A program made the translations under genes and the position numbers. A stretch of DNA of 63,830 bases, the filler included, from Choristocarpus tenellus KU-1152 (Eukaryota > Protista > Phaeophyceae), in the NCBI GenBank assembly GCA_964200185.2. It is 14 parts of 14 records of this genome, joined end to end, with 100 filler letters (N's around TTAATTAATTAA, not from the genome) between each part and the next. Parts side by side here need not be neighbours in the genome. Positions count along the whole stretch, not along the records: positions 23,944 to 29,370 come from CAXNAD020010816.1; positions 29,471 to 32,318 come from CAXNAD020024225.1; positions 32,419 to 36,282 come from CAXNAD020017509.1; positions 36,383 to 40,196 come from CAXNAD020017775.1; 10 more parts are not named here. The stretch is one strand, 5' to 3'. Positions 24,410 to 39,170 of this stretch are shown piece by piece; within the stretch, counting starts at the first letter, position 1; the number at the start of each line of letters is the position of its first letter. The notes beneath the pieces are model-generated. The model saw only the letters and a list, made by a program, of their open reading frames with translations. It was not told the DNA's origin and did no database searches.

Positions 24410-27400
24410 GAAAAAAAAAAAATGGAATTGGGGAGAAAAAATTGGGGAGTTTGTAGGGGGCAGAGGCGAGGCGAAGTCAGGGGCAAAGAACCCACACACA
24501 AGACAATGTATCAAGAGATTGAAAATAGAGCACTGCTTTGAAAGCACACTTGAATATTCTTGATAAAATCTTGATGACGGCATAGGCTTTAATTGGAAGG
24601 ATCTGTTTTGCCTTACAGTCCAAAGAGAGATAGGCAAGACTGGAAAGACATCTGAGCCACAATTGTCTTCTATCTGCATGGGTTGTTGTTCTATTGCTAG
24701 ACACCTCCCCACCCCCAAACACAAAACCAAGCTCAGCTGTTTGGCTCATCACATATTCAGGGGGTGAAAAAAGAAAGGGTTTTCATCCGAGAAAATGTTG
24801 AGAAAATGTTGAGGGACCAGTCCAGTGGTCGGACCGGTTCCAATATATCTTTTCATATTCAGACCACGTCTATCAAGTGTTAGAACCTGTCGGTCCATAC
24901 TTTGGACCGCTTAAAATATTTTCTGACATATCTAGACCAGGGGATGTAAGAGATTGTATCCAGAACAGGAAACAATCTGACCTGATTCAGATTAAGTTTG
25001 ACGCATACTACATCTGGCTGAAGGGATATATATAAATACACATTTATTTATTACCACAAATATTTGGGGATAATTGGGACATCTTCAACCAAGTCGGACC
25101 AGTAAAAAATCCTTCTTACCCATGACCGTCAACTATTTTGACATGGTCGGACCATAGGCTAGCCTGGTACCAACATGTTCTGATAGGGCTGGTCCATGGC
25201 CATCAACTGCTTCAAGATGGTCTCAGACTTGTTCTTAACAGTCGACCATTTTGGGCGATTGTATCAATGTAGTCCACAATAACATTCCTAAAGAAATCCT
25301 CGAAATGTGTCATTTTATATCCCATTTTCTTGTGGTTAGACCAAAATGGACCCAAATAGACTGCTGTTGAGAACAGAACTTACCCAAGAAAAAGGCTACC
25401 AGGTACTAACCTACTCATTCTTCAACATTTGGTAACATATTTGATCACAAAACAAGTTATCTTGAGAGGACACTCAATTGTGCTGCCTTGAGATCTCTAT
25501 CAATACTACTACTCTACCTTAACACCGTACAACAGTAGTGTGCTCTAGAGCTCCATACAGTGTATGCACTTGTACAACATATCCCATTGGCGCACATACA
25601 CAAACACGCACTGAGGAAGTTGAAATGCATGCCAAAGCACTAACTGTCAAGAGTAGTGAAACAAGAGGCCAGTTGCTTCGCGGCACTCATCTGGGTACAC
25701 TCTATTCTAAGAAACCAACCAACGAACTACTGCATCATGAGAGGCAACAAAAGTGGCAGCAAAGACTTTCTTTGTGCTGGTACTCCTCCTGGAGTGACTT
25801 ATCTAAATGATGCATATACAACAAAAACTCCATCTACACTAGACATTTGTTGCCTTTACCATGCACTCTGTAATCACCCTGAATTATACAGTCCACACTT
25901 GAAGAGCACTTGAGCCAGTCCGGTAATTTATAGCGAGGGCTGTTTGTATGGGCAAAATAGTTATCTTTTTTAGCACCAAAACGGTTAAGGCAAAATCATA
26001 AAATAAAAAAAAGACAACCGTTTCGTGTTGCAGCAGAATTTTTTTTCCCCTCACACTGCAGTAGTTGATTGGGTTCAAATAACATGGTGGACCTCGATCA
26101 GTTCACCCCAAGCAACAGGCACTTTGCTCTACTCTTGACAGCAGGTGTTCTTTAGGAGCTGTGGGACAGCAATTGTACTACTAAAGAATCAAGCCATTAC
26201 AAAGCACTCCTACATCATGTACAGGATACACACCAGTGTTCACCTTGCTGTTAACCCCCACTGAAAGTCCTGCCTGTTCACAGCTAGTGCATGGAGCAAT
26301 TGCTAGCTATATATAGCTGTATATATATATATATATTCAATAAACAGCGACCGATTCCTGGCACTACTCTGTGTACAGCGTTTTATATACAACCACACAC
26401 AGATCAGAAGATATGAAGGAGATCTAGCAGAGGGGGCACATGGAGCCTACAGTTACATATTTTAGAGAATACCAACCTTATAGTAAAAACTGGGAGAATG
26501 GATGCTCCAAGAGAGAGAGTGACAAGTAGCTAAGGCCCCATGATTTTGTCGCTACAACACAAAATCAATGAAGGGTTAGGGTGTGCGCTTGTGTAGTACT
26601 GGTATTATCAACTGTAGAGGAAAACATTGGGCATTTGCCACAATCTGTTTATCGCCAAAAATCGCCTAAATGTACCTAAGTGTACCTAAATGTACATGAA
26701 AGCACGGTTGCTACGGTTTTGATAAAAATTGGGATTAATTTCGTAAAAACGGAAAATCGACACGAAAAATTTAAGCAGCTACTTCTTGCGCAAGTGTGAG
26801 CTGTGTGCTCTCATCTTTTTATCTCATTTTTTCATCTTGGAGTTCAACGCCTTGACTACTACCTTTACTACTACCCTAACAATTGACTCGTGCGGTGCAT
26901 GTATACTTCAATAATAACCAAGTACATCAAAATGTTCCAAGCAAATATAATTTCTACTCATAACTGATTCTACATTCAATTCACAGCACTTATTATATAT
27001 ATAAACACTATTATATACCTTGTCAGGCTTATGTATCTCTATGTCCTTGTGCCACTAACTCCTTCAACAGCCACGTCTATGGGTGGCATCCTACTGTGGT
27101 ACTCGTCAAATCATGCACCTTTGAGGGTAGGGGGATATTTCAATCACTTACTGCATGAGACTCTTCGAGCAGAGGTCAGTCATGCAAAGAATATACTTTG
27201 GAACTACTTTCAAGCCAACACCGAAATATCCCACAATGCTCATGGCCGCGAATGCAATCACATCTACTTTGGCACTGCATACTTTCATCATCACATAGAG
27301 CACCACACGATCTTGGGATACTCTTTGGCATGCAGAAAAAAATGGGTGCTGATAGCAACATGTAACAGCGAACGGCACCGCAACATGTAACAGCACAACA

Positions 27401-27593
27401 CTTGAGAATTCATGACAAGTGCACCACAAGGCAGCTATGATCCAATATGGATGTTGGTTATCGGGGAAGGTTAGCCGCCTTCGCAATTAGACTTTTAAAA
27501 ATGAAGATCGGTTCTTCATTTTTTGTTAATATACAGTTCACACAATAAAATTTGAGAAAGGCCGCTTTCGTGAGGATGTACATAGACATTTAC

Positions 27594-28550
27594 CTATACT
27601 GACCCACTTCTTGCTACTGAAGAGGATTATCAAGATATCGCCCCTATACTTGTGGAGGCGCATGTCGTAGCGCCTACAAGTTAAACTTGACCCTCAGCGT
27701 GTCAATGCAATCCTCATCAAACCCCGCTAAACACACTACTTCCTGTCCCTGGCATCATCTAAGCCAGTCTGTCACTTACACTTGATATCAATTTGCACCC
27801 GTCGCTCCTGCATTGTCAAGAACTTCCGCCATGTCATTGGAGGTGCGAAGGGGAACCCACCAACTGCCTCCACCACAGCAAGACCATCCATCCTCTTAGG
27901 CTCGAATATTGGACGTTCCGTACCAACACCTTCAAAGGGGTGACAACAAAAGTGAAGTCAAGGATAAGAGAGGTGGGGTTATTTGCATCGAGTAAAAACC
28001 CTAAGTAGATACCCATCAAACCGGCAAGAATCAAAGTCTGACGCGGTCCAGATATATTTGTCCACCCCAAATCCTCGGCTGAATCCGCTAAAGCATGATC
28101 ACCTAAACGTCCGTCCTTGATCTTCTCTCCTGATGCATGCTCATTACCATCAGCATCTGGGCAAACAGCATCCCTCGAAGCTAAAGTTTCGCGTTCGTCT
28201 CCGCGTTTTCTAGAACCGACGTCGATGGCTGAAGGGGATGTTGCTAATTTGCGTCTTCGACGATCAAGACCCCCAATCATCAGCTGCGATGGAAGTCCGC
28301 CAAGCTTGCGCATTCGGGAGGCCCAATCCAACCGTTCAACATCCCCTCGAATACTCTTCTCGCATCTGGGAGTGTGCCCACGACGAATTGCACGGACATG
28401 AGCACCTTGCCACACAAAGGCAGTAATTTGTTCATTACCTTGCTTGACAGACACTACACTGGTCTTCTTGACGTGATGTCCACCTCCCAACGCTGTAACA
28501 ATTATCTTCCAAAACAACAGTAGAGATAGAAACTTTGACCTGGGCGACAT
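27594..28550 (-). CDS. First exons of a gene of unknown function (signal peptide, TM segment); may continue to the 24310-24409 exon
   Basis: 238-codon ORF starting MSPRSKFLSLLLFWKIIVTALG with hydrophobic LILAGLMGIYLGFLL. Candidate next exon ~27673-27594 (RYDMRLHKYRGDILIILFSSKKW). Confidence 0.5.
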
Positions 28551-28719
28551 TCCCTTTCACTACCCCTTCCAACTGCCACAACCAACTTGAAAATGATGCT
28601 TGGTCTGACGGGGAAAGGAGACGAAGTATTGATGAAGGTCACCTAAAGTGGTTAGAGTTAGGGTTAGGGTATGGAACCTAACTTACATACAAATAGATGA
28701 TTGAACAACACAATTCAAC

Positions 28720-29172
28720 ATGAACTCTCTAGGTGAAGCCGTTAGGTACAGGCACTGGCTGCCTGCCGTGGCCCTCGTAGCGTTCTTCGCATGTGGCGTT
28801 CAAGGATTTGTACGTAATCCCAAGCTGGGCGCAGTGGGGAGGTCTTTTACCTCGACAGGGCTGTTGAGGCAAACCGGGCTTGGGCGACCTGGGTCCTCAC
28901 AGCAGGTACTCATGGCGGGGGAGGGTGGGGGGAAGAAGAAGAAAAAGCGTCGTCGTAAGGAAAGTGATAACGCACCACCTGTGTCAGATCCAGTGCTCAA
29001 AGCCCTCGAGGGAAAGGACATGACGGAACGGGCAATTCCGGACATTGACTTTAGCGACATCGAACTCGAGGACAACCCAGAATTCATCCATGATAAGTCA
29101 GTGGAGAAATACTTCACAAATGATTGGTCTGGGATGCCGGAGCCTGAGGGCATGCCACAACCTGCATCTAAG
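28720..29172 (+). CDS. Exon 1 of a plastid-targeted protein of unknown function
   Basis: Signal peptide ...LPAVALVAFFACGVQG followed by FVRNPK (ASAFAP-type cleavage), a basic transit-like region and KKKKKRRRK; donor AAG|gtgaat at 29172. Confidence 0.75.
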
Positions 29173-31470
29173 GTGAATATACAGGATGACAAGCTTTACA
29201 TGGAGTTTGGTCTATCGTCATACATATTTTGTATTTCCTCTGTCTATATATACACTAGAAACTTGTGATGTGGGCATAGGGTGGGAAGTGTATTGACAGA
29301 TAGTATTGCCCTGGTCGTCTGAACCACTACCAAGTGATGTCTAGAAGATACACCATACCCATCATCCCCCNNNNNNNNNNNNNNNNNNNNNNNNNNNNNN
29401 NNNNNNNNNNNNNNTTAATTAATTAANNNNNNNNNNNNNNNNNNNNNNNNNNNNNNNNNNNNNNNNNNNNCAGATACTTTGACCCATCTACCCTGTCGCG
29501 ATTGCTTGTAACTTATCCCATCTCAAATCAACAAGAACTCCAAGGATTAATGTAACACCACTTCCCTCAACAATGTTGACGTGATATATCTAAATTAATC
29601 TGCACATTATTTTGGAGTATGATCATAGTGTACACTGTATGAAAATCCTATAAAATATGTTAAATTAATCCCTATATTTTTCCGGTCTAGTCTCATTAAG
29701 TATTACTAGGCAATTGAATCTCTTGACCCAAGATCACCTCCCTGCTTGAACAACCCTCGAAGTCAGGGTGTGGAGCTTAAGCAAGACTTGATGCAACAGG
29801 TACGAAGAGCAGCCTGACGGTCACCAAGGTTGATCGGTGGTGACATGAAAAGAGGCACATGGCAGACAGATGGGCAGGTGGGGTTTGCTCTCAATCACCC
29901 CCCTAGTGGAATCACTCCAAGACTAGGCCAGCACACATGACAAAGAGTGTACTGCTCGCAGTCATCAAGTTGTAGCAGTTGAGATACGAAGGAAGGCACA
30001 ACATTCATGGATGGGCAGGTTCCCCCTTTGGTTTGCGTTGCTTTGGATGTGTTGGAGATGATGACCGCATCCTGTTGCTATACATACTTTCTGAGTACTA
30101 CTCAGTATTATATATTATGAGTATTACTATTTCCAATTCAAAGGACGTACCTAGTACAACAACCAAAAAACAACTGATGATGACAATACTTGAGTGGTAC
30201 TGCAAGGCCTACATCATCATCAGCACACCACCACGAACTACCTGCTACCAACCTCTCCACCCCCCCCAAAAGGATCATAGTGAGCAGACATATAGCAGCC
30301 TCAGGCAACCGAGGACTACCTATATGACAAAAGGAGCAATCCAAATGTAAGCATGTAAAGAAGGCAAGGATAACCACACACAATAAAAGATACATACACA
30401 GAATCTAGCCAACCTGGCGCTTTAAATGATGGATAGAGCGCTTGGAAGCGTAATGTGGGTTCCAAGGTGAAAAACAAAACAAAAGAGCTGACACTCATGT
30501 GCACTCCAGGTGTCTAAGCAATTAGACCCTTATAACGTCTACGCCCCAGACAAAAGCAGACCAAGCAAATTACTGAAGATCATCACCAAGCAAAAATGTT
30601 CTTGTCCCCTTCGCCGCTGGGCAGCAGTCACCCACATATCTGCATCCACAAAACTAAATTGCCATGCTAGTTCTACCTACTGCAAGCAACTTCTGAAGCA
30701 CACACATCACTCTTTCCTCTCACTACTGACTACTGGGTATAAATAGATATAATAGTTGTACTAGGTCAAGTCAGTATGAAGAAGTAGGGAAATAAAACAT
30801 AAAGAAACAAACTACCATGGTAAGGAATAAGAATTTCCAATACAAAATCAAGTTCAATGACAGCAACGTAAAAAAAATCTATAACATTTGTCGCCCCCAA
30901 AGATGACAGCAAAAAAACACCATGCAATGAATGGACCATGGAGAAAAAACCTGATAAACCGAGCAACAATAACGAAGAAGCAGTTTGTGTCGCATCACTC
31001 AAGTCAGAAACGCTCCCAGACAGATAGATGCTTATCATGCCCCATCACCTGCCTTCATCCAACCAATACCAACACTCTAAGAATCTCCACCTACATCCAC
31101 AAATGTACGGTGTAACAATCACCCACAGACAAGACACCAACAGACACAAAATTTATACAGCGGCACTCTACAGCAAACAAGAGCCAACGTACAAACTGAC
31201 ATCCCCATCCACCAAGCTTTGCCTTTTACTCAGCTGCAATGTATCAAACTTGAAGACACACCCCAATGCAACTACAATTGGACCGTTTTTTTCATTTTCA
31301 TTTTCATTGTCCATGTCTCTCGTACCCTCAACTACAACAATCTCTCACAACAACACCTAGCACATACACACACACACACACCACCCGCCATCATCAAAAA
31401 ACCCCATTGAAAACAAAGCAAAAGTTGACAGTTGCATCAAAAAGTACTCTTTGTCCTCAGTAATAATTAC

Positions 31471-32280
31471 CCCCGTATGGCTCCGTGGGACGGCGGACAG
31501 TAGAGCTGCTGGGATTAGCTGCCCACCGCCTTCCACTTCTCTTAGACTTGTGAGGAGACGCAGCCAATGCGGCTGCCCCTGCCGCCATAGCAGCTGCAGC
31601 TGAGGCAGACGTCAGTGCCTTCCCACTACTTCCAAAGGTGCCAGAACTAGAGTAAGAGGGTTGCCCTCTGTATCCCACGGCCCCAGGAGGTACAGCTACC
31701 TCCAGTTGGGGGTTCCAGAGAGGTCCAACCCCCCCCTTATTCGAATCAAATTCTGCTTCCCTCCTATATTCTGCCTTCATCCGTCCCATCTCTGACCTGA
31801 TCAATTCTCCATTCCCACCACTACCTGCATCAACTGCGATTGGTGGCCTGCCTAGGTGTCCTCCTCTTGTCTTCTTGTCCTTCAAGTCTTTGCCTGACGA
31901 CCGGACATGAGATGCATACACGGGTTGTTCATGGGATAGAGATGAATTTCTCACCCGATTCTTCTCGTAGAAGATCTCCTCAGGGCGACCCGGGCCTGGA
32001 GGCACCATGTGCTGCTCGTATCTTGCACCATCCCTGCCTTCAATGTACCCACTTTCTGTCCCACTGGAATTCATGTCTAGGTCTCTAACTCTGTGATACC
32101 CACCCCCTCTATCAACATGGTTCCCCTTTCCAGTCCGATACCTCCCATCAATCCGCCCTGACAAGGGGTCAAACAACCTATCTGCATCGGAGTGGTGAGG
32201 CACAACAACTGGGCTGGGCTCAGGACAAATAATCTTATGTCCCCTATGACCAGGGGACCGGGAGACAGACAGCCCCCCGC
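31471..32280 (-). CDS. Large low-complexity G/S/R-rich exon of an unknown gene
   Basis: Open frame of at least 248 codons with natural-looking disordered protein; candidate donor G|gtaatt near 31470. Confidence 0.6.
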
Positions 32281-32699
32281 TCTCCCCCCCCCCCCCTTCC
32301 CGCGCCCCCCCCTCCCTCNNNNNNNNNNNNNNNNNNNNNNNNNNNNNNNNNNNNNNNNNNNNTTAATTAATTAANNNNNNNNNNNNNNNNNNNNNNNNNN
32401 NNNNNNNNNNNNNNNNNNCACAGTGTGTATGTCGGGGAACTCAAAAAGGGAACCTGTCCCTGACACCTATCACCTTTTTCAGTGTGTCAGGGGAAAAGTC
32501 AACTCAATATCCTATGAACCCCTGTAAACGTAGCATCGTCCTAAATGTGAAAGATATATTTCTATAATCTATTTACTATTTGACTACCACCTATGCTACA
32601 CTCCCCTCCTATGCCTCCAACCTAGCTTAGCCCTACACCACAGGGCGAGGAGCTAGGGAAGTATCCAAAGAATCTGACAGGCCCCTCCTTACCCATCTT

Positions 32700-33930
32700 C
32701 TTGGTGTCTCCAGCTTAAAAGGCATTGATTGAGCCACTTGTGCTGTGATAGACACAAATCTATCGTGAACGGGATTTGTCAGGTCATTTCCTGCTGTAGC
32801 CTCCCGCCCTTCTCCCCCCTACCGCGCACGTAGCCAACTCATTCAGAAAACTTTCTGCTTGCTTACCGAGCCGCCCAAAACTTTCCATCGCAAAGGTGTT
32901 GAAGTTGAAACTACGAGGGTCAAAAGACTCCTCGTAGTGGGTGCTTCATTATTTACTCTGACATGACGTTTCATCCATGTGTAGTGATATTTTTGGCGTG
33001 AACAGAACCACATATTATAGTGTTAACCGGTAAAAGAACTTTCTGGTATCTGTCTGCATCGAAGGTCTCAAACCAAAGATACTGAAGAACTTAATTCTTA
33101 CCTTGTGCAGCAATTTGCAAGACCCCAGATCTAGTCCACTCGCTTTCACCTTTGCCTCCAATTGAAGAAAAAATGGCGCCACTTCAACAAAAGGGAGGTG
33201 GACGAGACCTTGTCCCTCCACAACCATCACCATCACCATAATCACCCCCTTCAACCGGACAATTCACCTCCTTCCACATCAGCCTGACTTGCAGTTGTTG
33301 TAACACAAACTACCTCCACTAGCTCATCCCTGCGCCAAGGCCTCAACTACACACTCATGCTCTTCTAGTTGCAGTTATTCCTGGGCCCTAGAGATGCTGT
33401 TATTGGTTGGGAGCTTGCCAGTCTCATCTCAAGGACTTCCAATTGCCCTCCCCAAGAGTGAACGTATCTTAGAGGGTACAAGTTTTGCCGTTTGGGGCTT
33501 GGCTTTCCACGTGTTTTTTTTAATGATATTTTCTTATTCTGAAATATTTGGGAGTAGGTAAAATGAATACGTTATGAAAAGGTGGGTCCGGAACAAGGAT
33601 ACTGACACTTCCTAACAAAGACGATAGCCAAAATTACGTCAAAATTGCAACGTCGGAATTTTGACCCCGAACAGACGCGACTCTACCCTCTAAGTTACTT
33701 TGACTCCCAAGTCATTGTCTCAGTCTGTGACGCCAACACTGAGTTTCTGAAAAGTGGTCTCTCGCGCACTTTTCCCCACCATCAAAGTCCTCCAAGGCCT
33801 TCGTATGTGTATCAGGAGGGCATTTTCGGATGTTCTGCTGTGGCCTTCAGATCAAACGACACAATGGTGTCTCGAGCCACCAGTAGATCAGCTTCTCTGG
33901 CCTCCTCAACAAACTCCTGACCATGCTATC
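32700..33930 (-). mobile_element. Decayed 3' part of an RLE-type (CRE/NeSL-like) non-LTR retrotransposon, interrupted by a MITE
   Basis: The minus strand reads HYEESFDPRSFNFNTFAMESFGRLGKQAESFLNELATCAVGG...RFVSITAQVA, the C-terminal restriction-like endonuclease pattern (FaxExFGxLGxxAxxFL). Confidence 0.65.
33456..33706 (+). mobile_element. Intact MITE family A (251 bp), ~23-bp TIRs GAG...CTC, TSD CCAA
   Basis: gagtgaacgtatcttagagggta ... taccctctaagttactttgactc, flanked by CCAA on both sides. Confidence 0.85.
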
Positions 33931-36452
33931 TACCTGCTCCAGCAACATGAACACAAAAGCGGTCAGTGATTAGTTTGGTGCAAAAACAACCCAGATCTAG
34001 ATATGAGGCATAGTCACAGTTGGACAGCAGTTGGACAGCACAAACTACTGATTTAGTGTAGACAGTAGTATAACAACAATACATACATATGTTGATGAAA
34101 GCAGTATGAGAGCTCTTATAGTATTACGGACGCAATATAATCGGAGTTAACAAGAGTTTCACAGTGAAGAGATTGTCTGTGGCCACATTCTGTTTTTGAC
34201 CATGTGCTCTTAACTTGTCATACTTGTCCATTTCAACACATGTCGACCCAGTAATATAGTAATAGTGCTCAAGACATTCGTTTTACAAAATAAAGTGGAG
34301 AATTAGATTTTGTGCCAACTCGAAATGTTGAGTCAAAGGCCCGATCCTAAAGGTATATGTAGCTGTAGGCACACATGGAGTGGTGCATATATATGTAACT
34401 GTTGTCAGACCCCACCCCCCCTTCATTTCTACCACTTAATCCAGCAATTTTTCGGTGCGTATTATTTAGGGGAAGTGAGGTTAACCAGGCACACACACAC
34501 ACACACACACACATGCAGGTGCCCAAGTTTATAGGGGTACCCCCACTCATGTTCATGAATATATCTTTAACCCTAATTCTAACTCTAATCCTAGCTCTAG
34601 CCCAAGCCCTAACCCTGAAAACGAAGTATTTAAAATTAAAAATATCAACATAACAAATGATTGCACAGTCACAAATATGAGTGGAGGAACCCGTATTAAC
34701 CTAGGCACGTGCGTGCCCAATAAGAAGAGCCCTTCTTTATTCTGGGATGATATTGGTCCAAAATATGATTTCTGAGAGGACCGTTTCCTCTGATGTCTCT
34801 ATTTATTAAACTTACATATATATGGAGTCCAGAGTTACACATTCATGTTTAGATCGAACAAATTTGCATCGAGAAAGATGGTCCACTATGGTTCATCCCA
34901 GAATTACCAGAATTTCCTATTTTTCTAAATTTGATAAGCTCGGGATAGGAATGGGTGTAGATATTAGAAAATCGGAAATTTCGGAAATCATTTATTGTTC
35001 TTTACTATATTTCTGAATTAACATTCTATATTCCTTGATGAACCCTGCCTTAAAAGGGTCTACCCACTGTCCGTTCTTCTTCCTTCCAACAAATCCATTC
35101 TAATTGAGTATTGAGTCGTATTCAAGTAGTTGTCCACCCCACCCTGTCACTTCCTACATTTCTCACGTCGGTTTGCTGTGGGTTTTACTTTAGTGGAGCG
35201 GGGTGACCGTCACAGAAGTACCTAGCCTCAAACTCTGGTTGCAAAGGCCATATTTTCTTCGGAAGAATTCGACTTGAATTGACCAAGTCGCAAGTGCATT
35301 GGGAATTCATACCTGTACTATCTTGCATTTAAGGATAAAAAGGAGCACAGAGAAAGATGTTAATCGTGATGGCAAAGATTCATTATGGATGGAGGGAGTA
35401 CCACGATCCAGATTCGAGGATGGGGGACGATGAGTGGTAGGAAGGTTGAACCCAACGTGCGAGAAAATATCAAAGGTAGGTTGAGAGAGGGTAGTGGAAC
35501 TAGTTGTAGCCGAACACACAGCTGGTAGGGTAGACGAAATGGTACAACAGAAGTGTCACAGCCACGGGTGAACGGGGTACGTAGGGTGGGAGTAGTGGAG
35601 AAGCTCCAGAGTAGAAAGGGAGGACAACATAGTAATAGTAACATATTACGATGTGGTACTAAAAAATGTACATTAAACAGTACTACTGTATATTAGTAGT
35701 GTAGTGGTAACATAGTAGTAGTATTATTCTTTAATATAGCTCTGTATTGTTAGTAACACAACTTGAACACAAGGAACAGTGTTGCACCTTCTTTTCACTG
35801 ACGTGCAATTATTTTAGCTAGAATTGTGAATCGTGTGATTCTGTGGCGGCGTGGTTCACTCAGGCAAGGGTGGTGAAGAGAATCACCGGGTAAGACGGAC
35901 AACACGAACAAGGACGAAACGTGACCGACGGTACGAGGTTAAGGTTGGACAACTGCAAACATAGGAGTGATGAGCACCATCAAAGGTGGGGCTTCATCAG
36001 CAGTCAAAACGTGAGAACAAAGTGGATCTTCCATGTGTAACAACTCTGAATGACGAGCTGTCCCAAGTCTATGGGATTGGTAACATGAAGAGAATTCCAT
36101 AGTTTCATTCTAACGGAAAAGTCCGTCAGTGAAATCATGGACTCTTGACTGGGAACTTCAATCGGCACCATGGTATAACGGTATAATAACAAACAAACAT
36201 GCTTTCCACATCACCCCCCCCTCTGATCGGCCTTGAAGCCATGTAAACATGATTCAAGGTCAACCAAAAGGTGAGCTCTGGGNNNNNNNNNNNNNNNNNN
36301 NNNNNNNNNNNNNNNNNNNNNNNNNNTTAATTAATTAANNNNNNNNNNNNNNNNNNNNNNNNNNNNNNNNNNNNNNNNNNNNCCCCATCATTTTAAAAAA
36401 ACAAAAAGAAGGTGCCCCCCCCCCCCCCCCCCCCCGCTTCCCTTTCACTCAC

Positions 36453-37335
36453 GGAATTGAAAGTGCTCAAAATACGATCTTCCCGGGCTTTCTTCTCAGC
36501 ATCAGTCTCTTCTTTTCTCGAAGGTGACACCACCGTGACACGCCTGAGGTGAAAAGAAACCCCGCATTGGTTGCCAAAAGTACACCATGAGAAACAAAAA
36601 AGTTAGAAAACCAACCAAGAATTATACCTTATTTCATGATATATGTGCTGTTGGGTAGTGGTGTGGGAGAAGAGGTCTGAAGTAGGAATCACTGAACTAC
36701 AGTGCTTACAATAACATTTTAGCTCTTTCATCGCCTCATAAAACTATAGTAAAACCTTAGCCTTAGTCAATGGGTACAACATTTTGCAGTGCAGTCTTAA
36801 ACTTGCACCAACCCATGACAAGCAGTGCACAAAAACTATGTGGCAAGCAGAGGTCATTTTGTGTCAGGTAGTGCTGTGAATCATAGTGATTCAATCAAAA
36901 CCGAAAATTGACGGATAGCTTTCGTTGAGCTGGCTAATTCTTCCACAAATGTATGCCCTGTTGAAGGAAATCACCAACTCTTTCGCCTCAAGTTGTTCTC
37001 TCCTCTAATGACACCAATCTCACCAAGGTTTGTGACGAGGAATACAACACTTAAGTAGTTGCATCAAAATCAAGACAATAATGTCATCTTCGCCCTTCAA
37101 GTTCAACCCCTCAAGTAACATATATTTCAGCCTTTCTTAGGCAAAACACAACCCAGTAGTCCACGTCAGGTATGACAGGAGATGCGACTTCTTCTGGTAG
37201 TGAAGAAGTAGCATATAAAATATGTATATGTAAAGAATTACGTGCCTCCAACAGGGTCCCTTACCATCTATGGGGTCCTTCGGCCCCGTGATGCTGTGCA
37301 CCACTTGGGACTTGAACTTCTTTGTGAACCGAGTC
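36453..37335 (-). CDS. Two candidate internal exons (37335-37265 and 36543-36453) of an unknown gene
   Basis: Canonical cag/gt boundaries. They join in frame to DSVHKEVQVPSGAQHHGAEGPHRWRVTVVSPSRKEETDAEKKAREDRILSTFNS. Confidence 0.35.
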
Positions 37336-37499
37336 CTGTATGATAGGGAGAATCTTTGATTCAATCGAACCAATTGAATTACTTCAATTAATTACTTCAC
37401 TTCGATAAATCGAGCGATCCACCCCACTAGTGTCATTGTCACTATGGCATCATAAGGGAGAGCATTGACACGAGTTTGTTTTCATCTTATCAATACCAC

Positions 37500-39170
37500 A
37501 TTTAGCCTATGCCTGTGCAAGGTGATGAAACCTTTCAAGAAGGCAGGCTACACATCTACTCTAAAAAGTTTCACAAACATCATCACGACCACAATTCCCT
37601 ACACAGCCCTTTCTCACCACACAAAAGCACTTCAGCTTGCCACCCTTTCTTTTTCCAACCCTAACCCTTAACTGCCGCAGACACGCACTGGTACTCCCGA
37701 AGGCAACTGAGGGATAAATCTCTGGATCAAAGAGGTTAGAGTCAGGCCTGCCACCAGATGCACCACTGCTGCTGTCCCTAACCCTAACCCTTGCGAGTGA
37801 GGAAAATTCAATATGATTCATTGCACTTGCGGCATGTTAGCTTCTCCCCCTTACACTGGTCCCAAGCAATGTGAGGCATCCGTCTCAGTAATACCCCATC
37901 CTGTGGCAACTACCCTCTGCCACCACTACAGGGTCTACCAGGTCTCCTCGAGACCAATCCAGGATTGACAGCAATGATTGTGGACATCAACTTGACAGGT
38001 ACTGCGGGGAGTAGTAGCTCACCGACACCCATGGACACTTTACACCTCCCTGTAGGTTCAAGTTGAACCATCCTCTGCACGCCTGAGGCCTTGGCTCTCG
38101 TGAGGTTCTAAGTCCCACAAGTGCTCACAAAGAGCTTGTGATCGGTCCCTTTCACAATGCCATCCATTGTTTACAGTAGTGTAGTCCCAGAAATGGGCAA
38201 AGACCAGTTCCACCACAATATCCCCATCCCCATCATGTTGGACTGCACTTCAGGCTTTGGAGTGATGCAGCAGTCACCATGTTCTCGAGAGAGCACACCA
38301 TTGGCTTGGAATTGACAGCGATACAGGGGAAGGAATTGACTACTGTCTTTCCAAAGCCTATGAAGTACATGCTGCACTTTGCCCTCAGCATAAACTGAAG
38401 ATTGCATAGAGGCTAAATGCAGGACCTCCTTTGGCATAGCAGGGCTGCCGTTAGATGAGTTGAAGGAGATGCAGCGTAGGTCAGGACCAGCCTGGAATTG
38501 GCTTTGGAGCCCCTGCAGCATTAGCCTTACCAGCTTCATGGAGTACATGATTCATGCTAGCCCACAAGCAATGTTCTTGACCTCTGCCTCAATTCCCTTA
38601 AGCTTCCTCACAATCTTTGAAATGTGAGGCATCCCGAACTCCCCCATATTGCCATCCAATGCCCTCCATGCCAATGCTGACTTACCAATGCTGACTTACC
38701 AATACTGACTTACCAGCGGTCAGCTCCAACGACAGACAAAACAGTGCATTGCAATTGCAATTACCATTATGTGCGTGGAGAAATGACTCATCATCTACCC
38801 AGCTTTCTTGATCCCCATGGCTTCATCCCTGCCCTCCCTTCCACATGCCCACTGGAAAATGAGGGCGACCCTGACATGATCACAATCGATGTATTGTCCA
38901 AAGTCAGTTCTGTTCTCTACATTCTTGATACCCCACCCTTTTGCCCAGTGCCTGACTGTGTGTGTCTCACACACGACCTCAACCAGCATCCTGGCCAAAA
39001 GAACACCCAACATATACATGAGATGTTTGTGGCACGTCCTTGATGCCTACCTCCTCACATGGGAGGTATGGGAGATGGGAGCATCCGTAGACTCCACCAC
39101 GAGCTCAATCTTGTCCTTGGAAAAACCAAGTTGAGAAAGTCATTGGGGTCCAAACTTAAACCCTTGTTAA
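37500..39170 (-). mobile_element. Decayed piggyBac-superfamily transposase
   Basis: Fragments in the expected order: DPNDFLNLVF...IELVVEST; YMLGVLLARM; AWRALDG..GMPHISKIVRKLKGIEAEVKNIACG..IMYSMKLV; DVHNHCCQSWIGLEETW.T..WWQRV; Cys-rich C-terminus. Confidence 0.75.
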
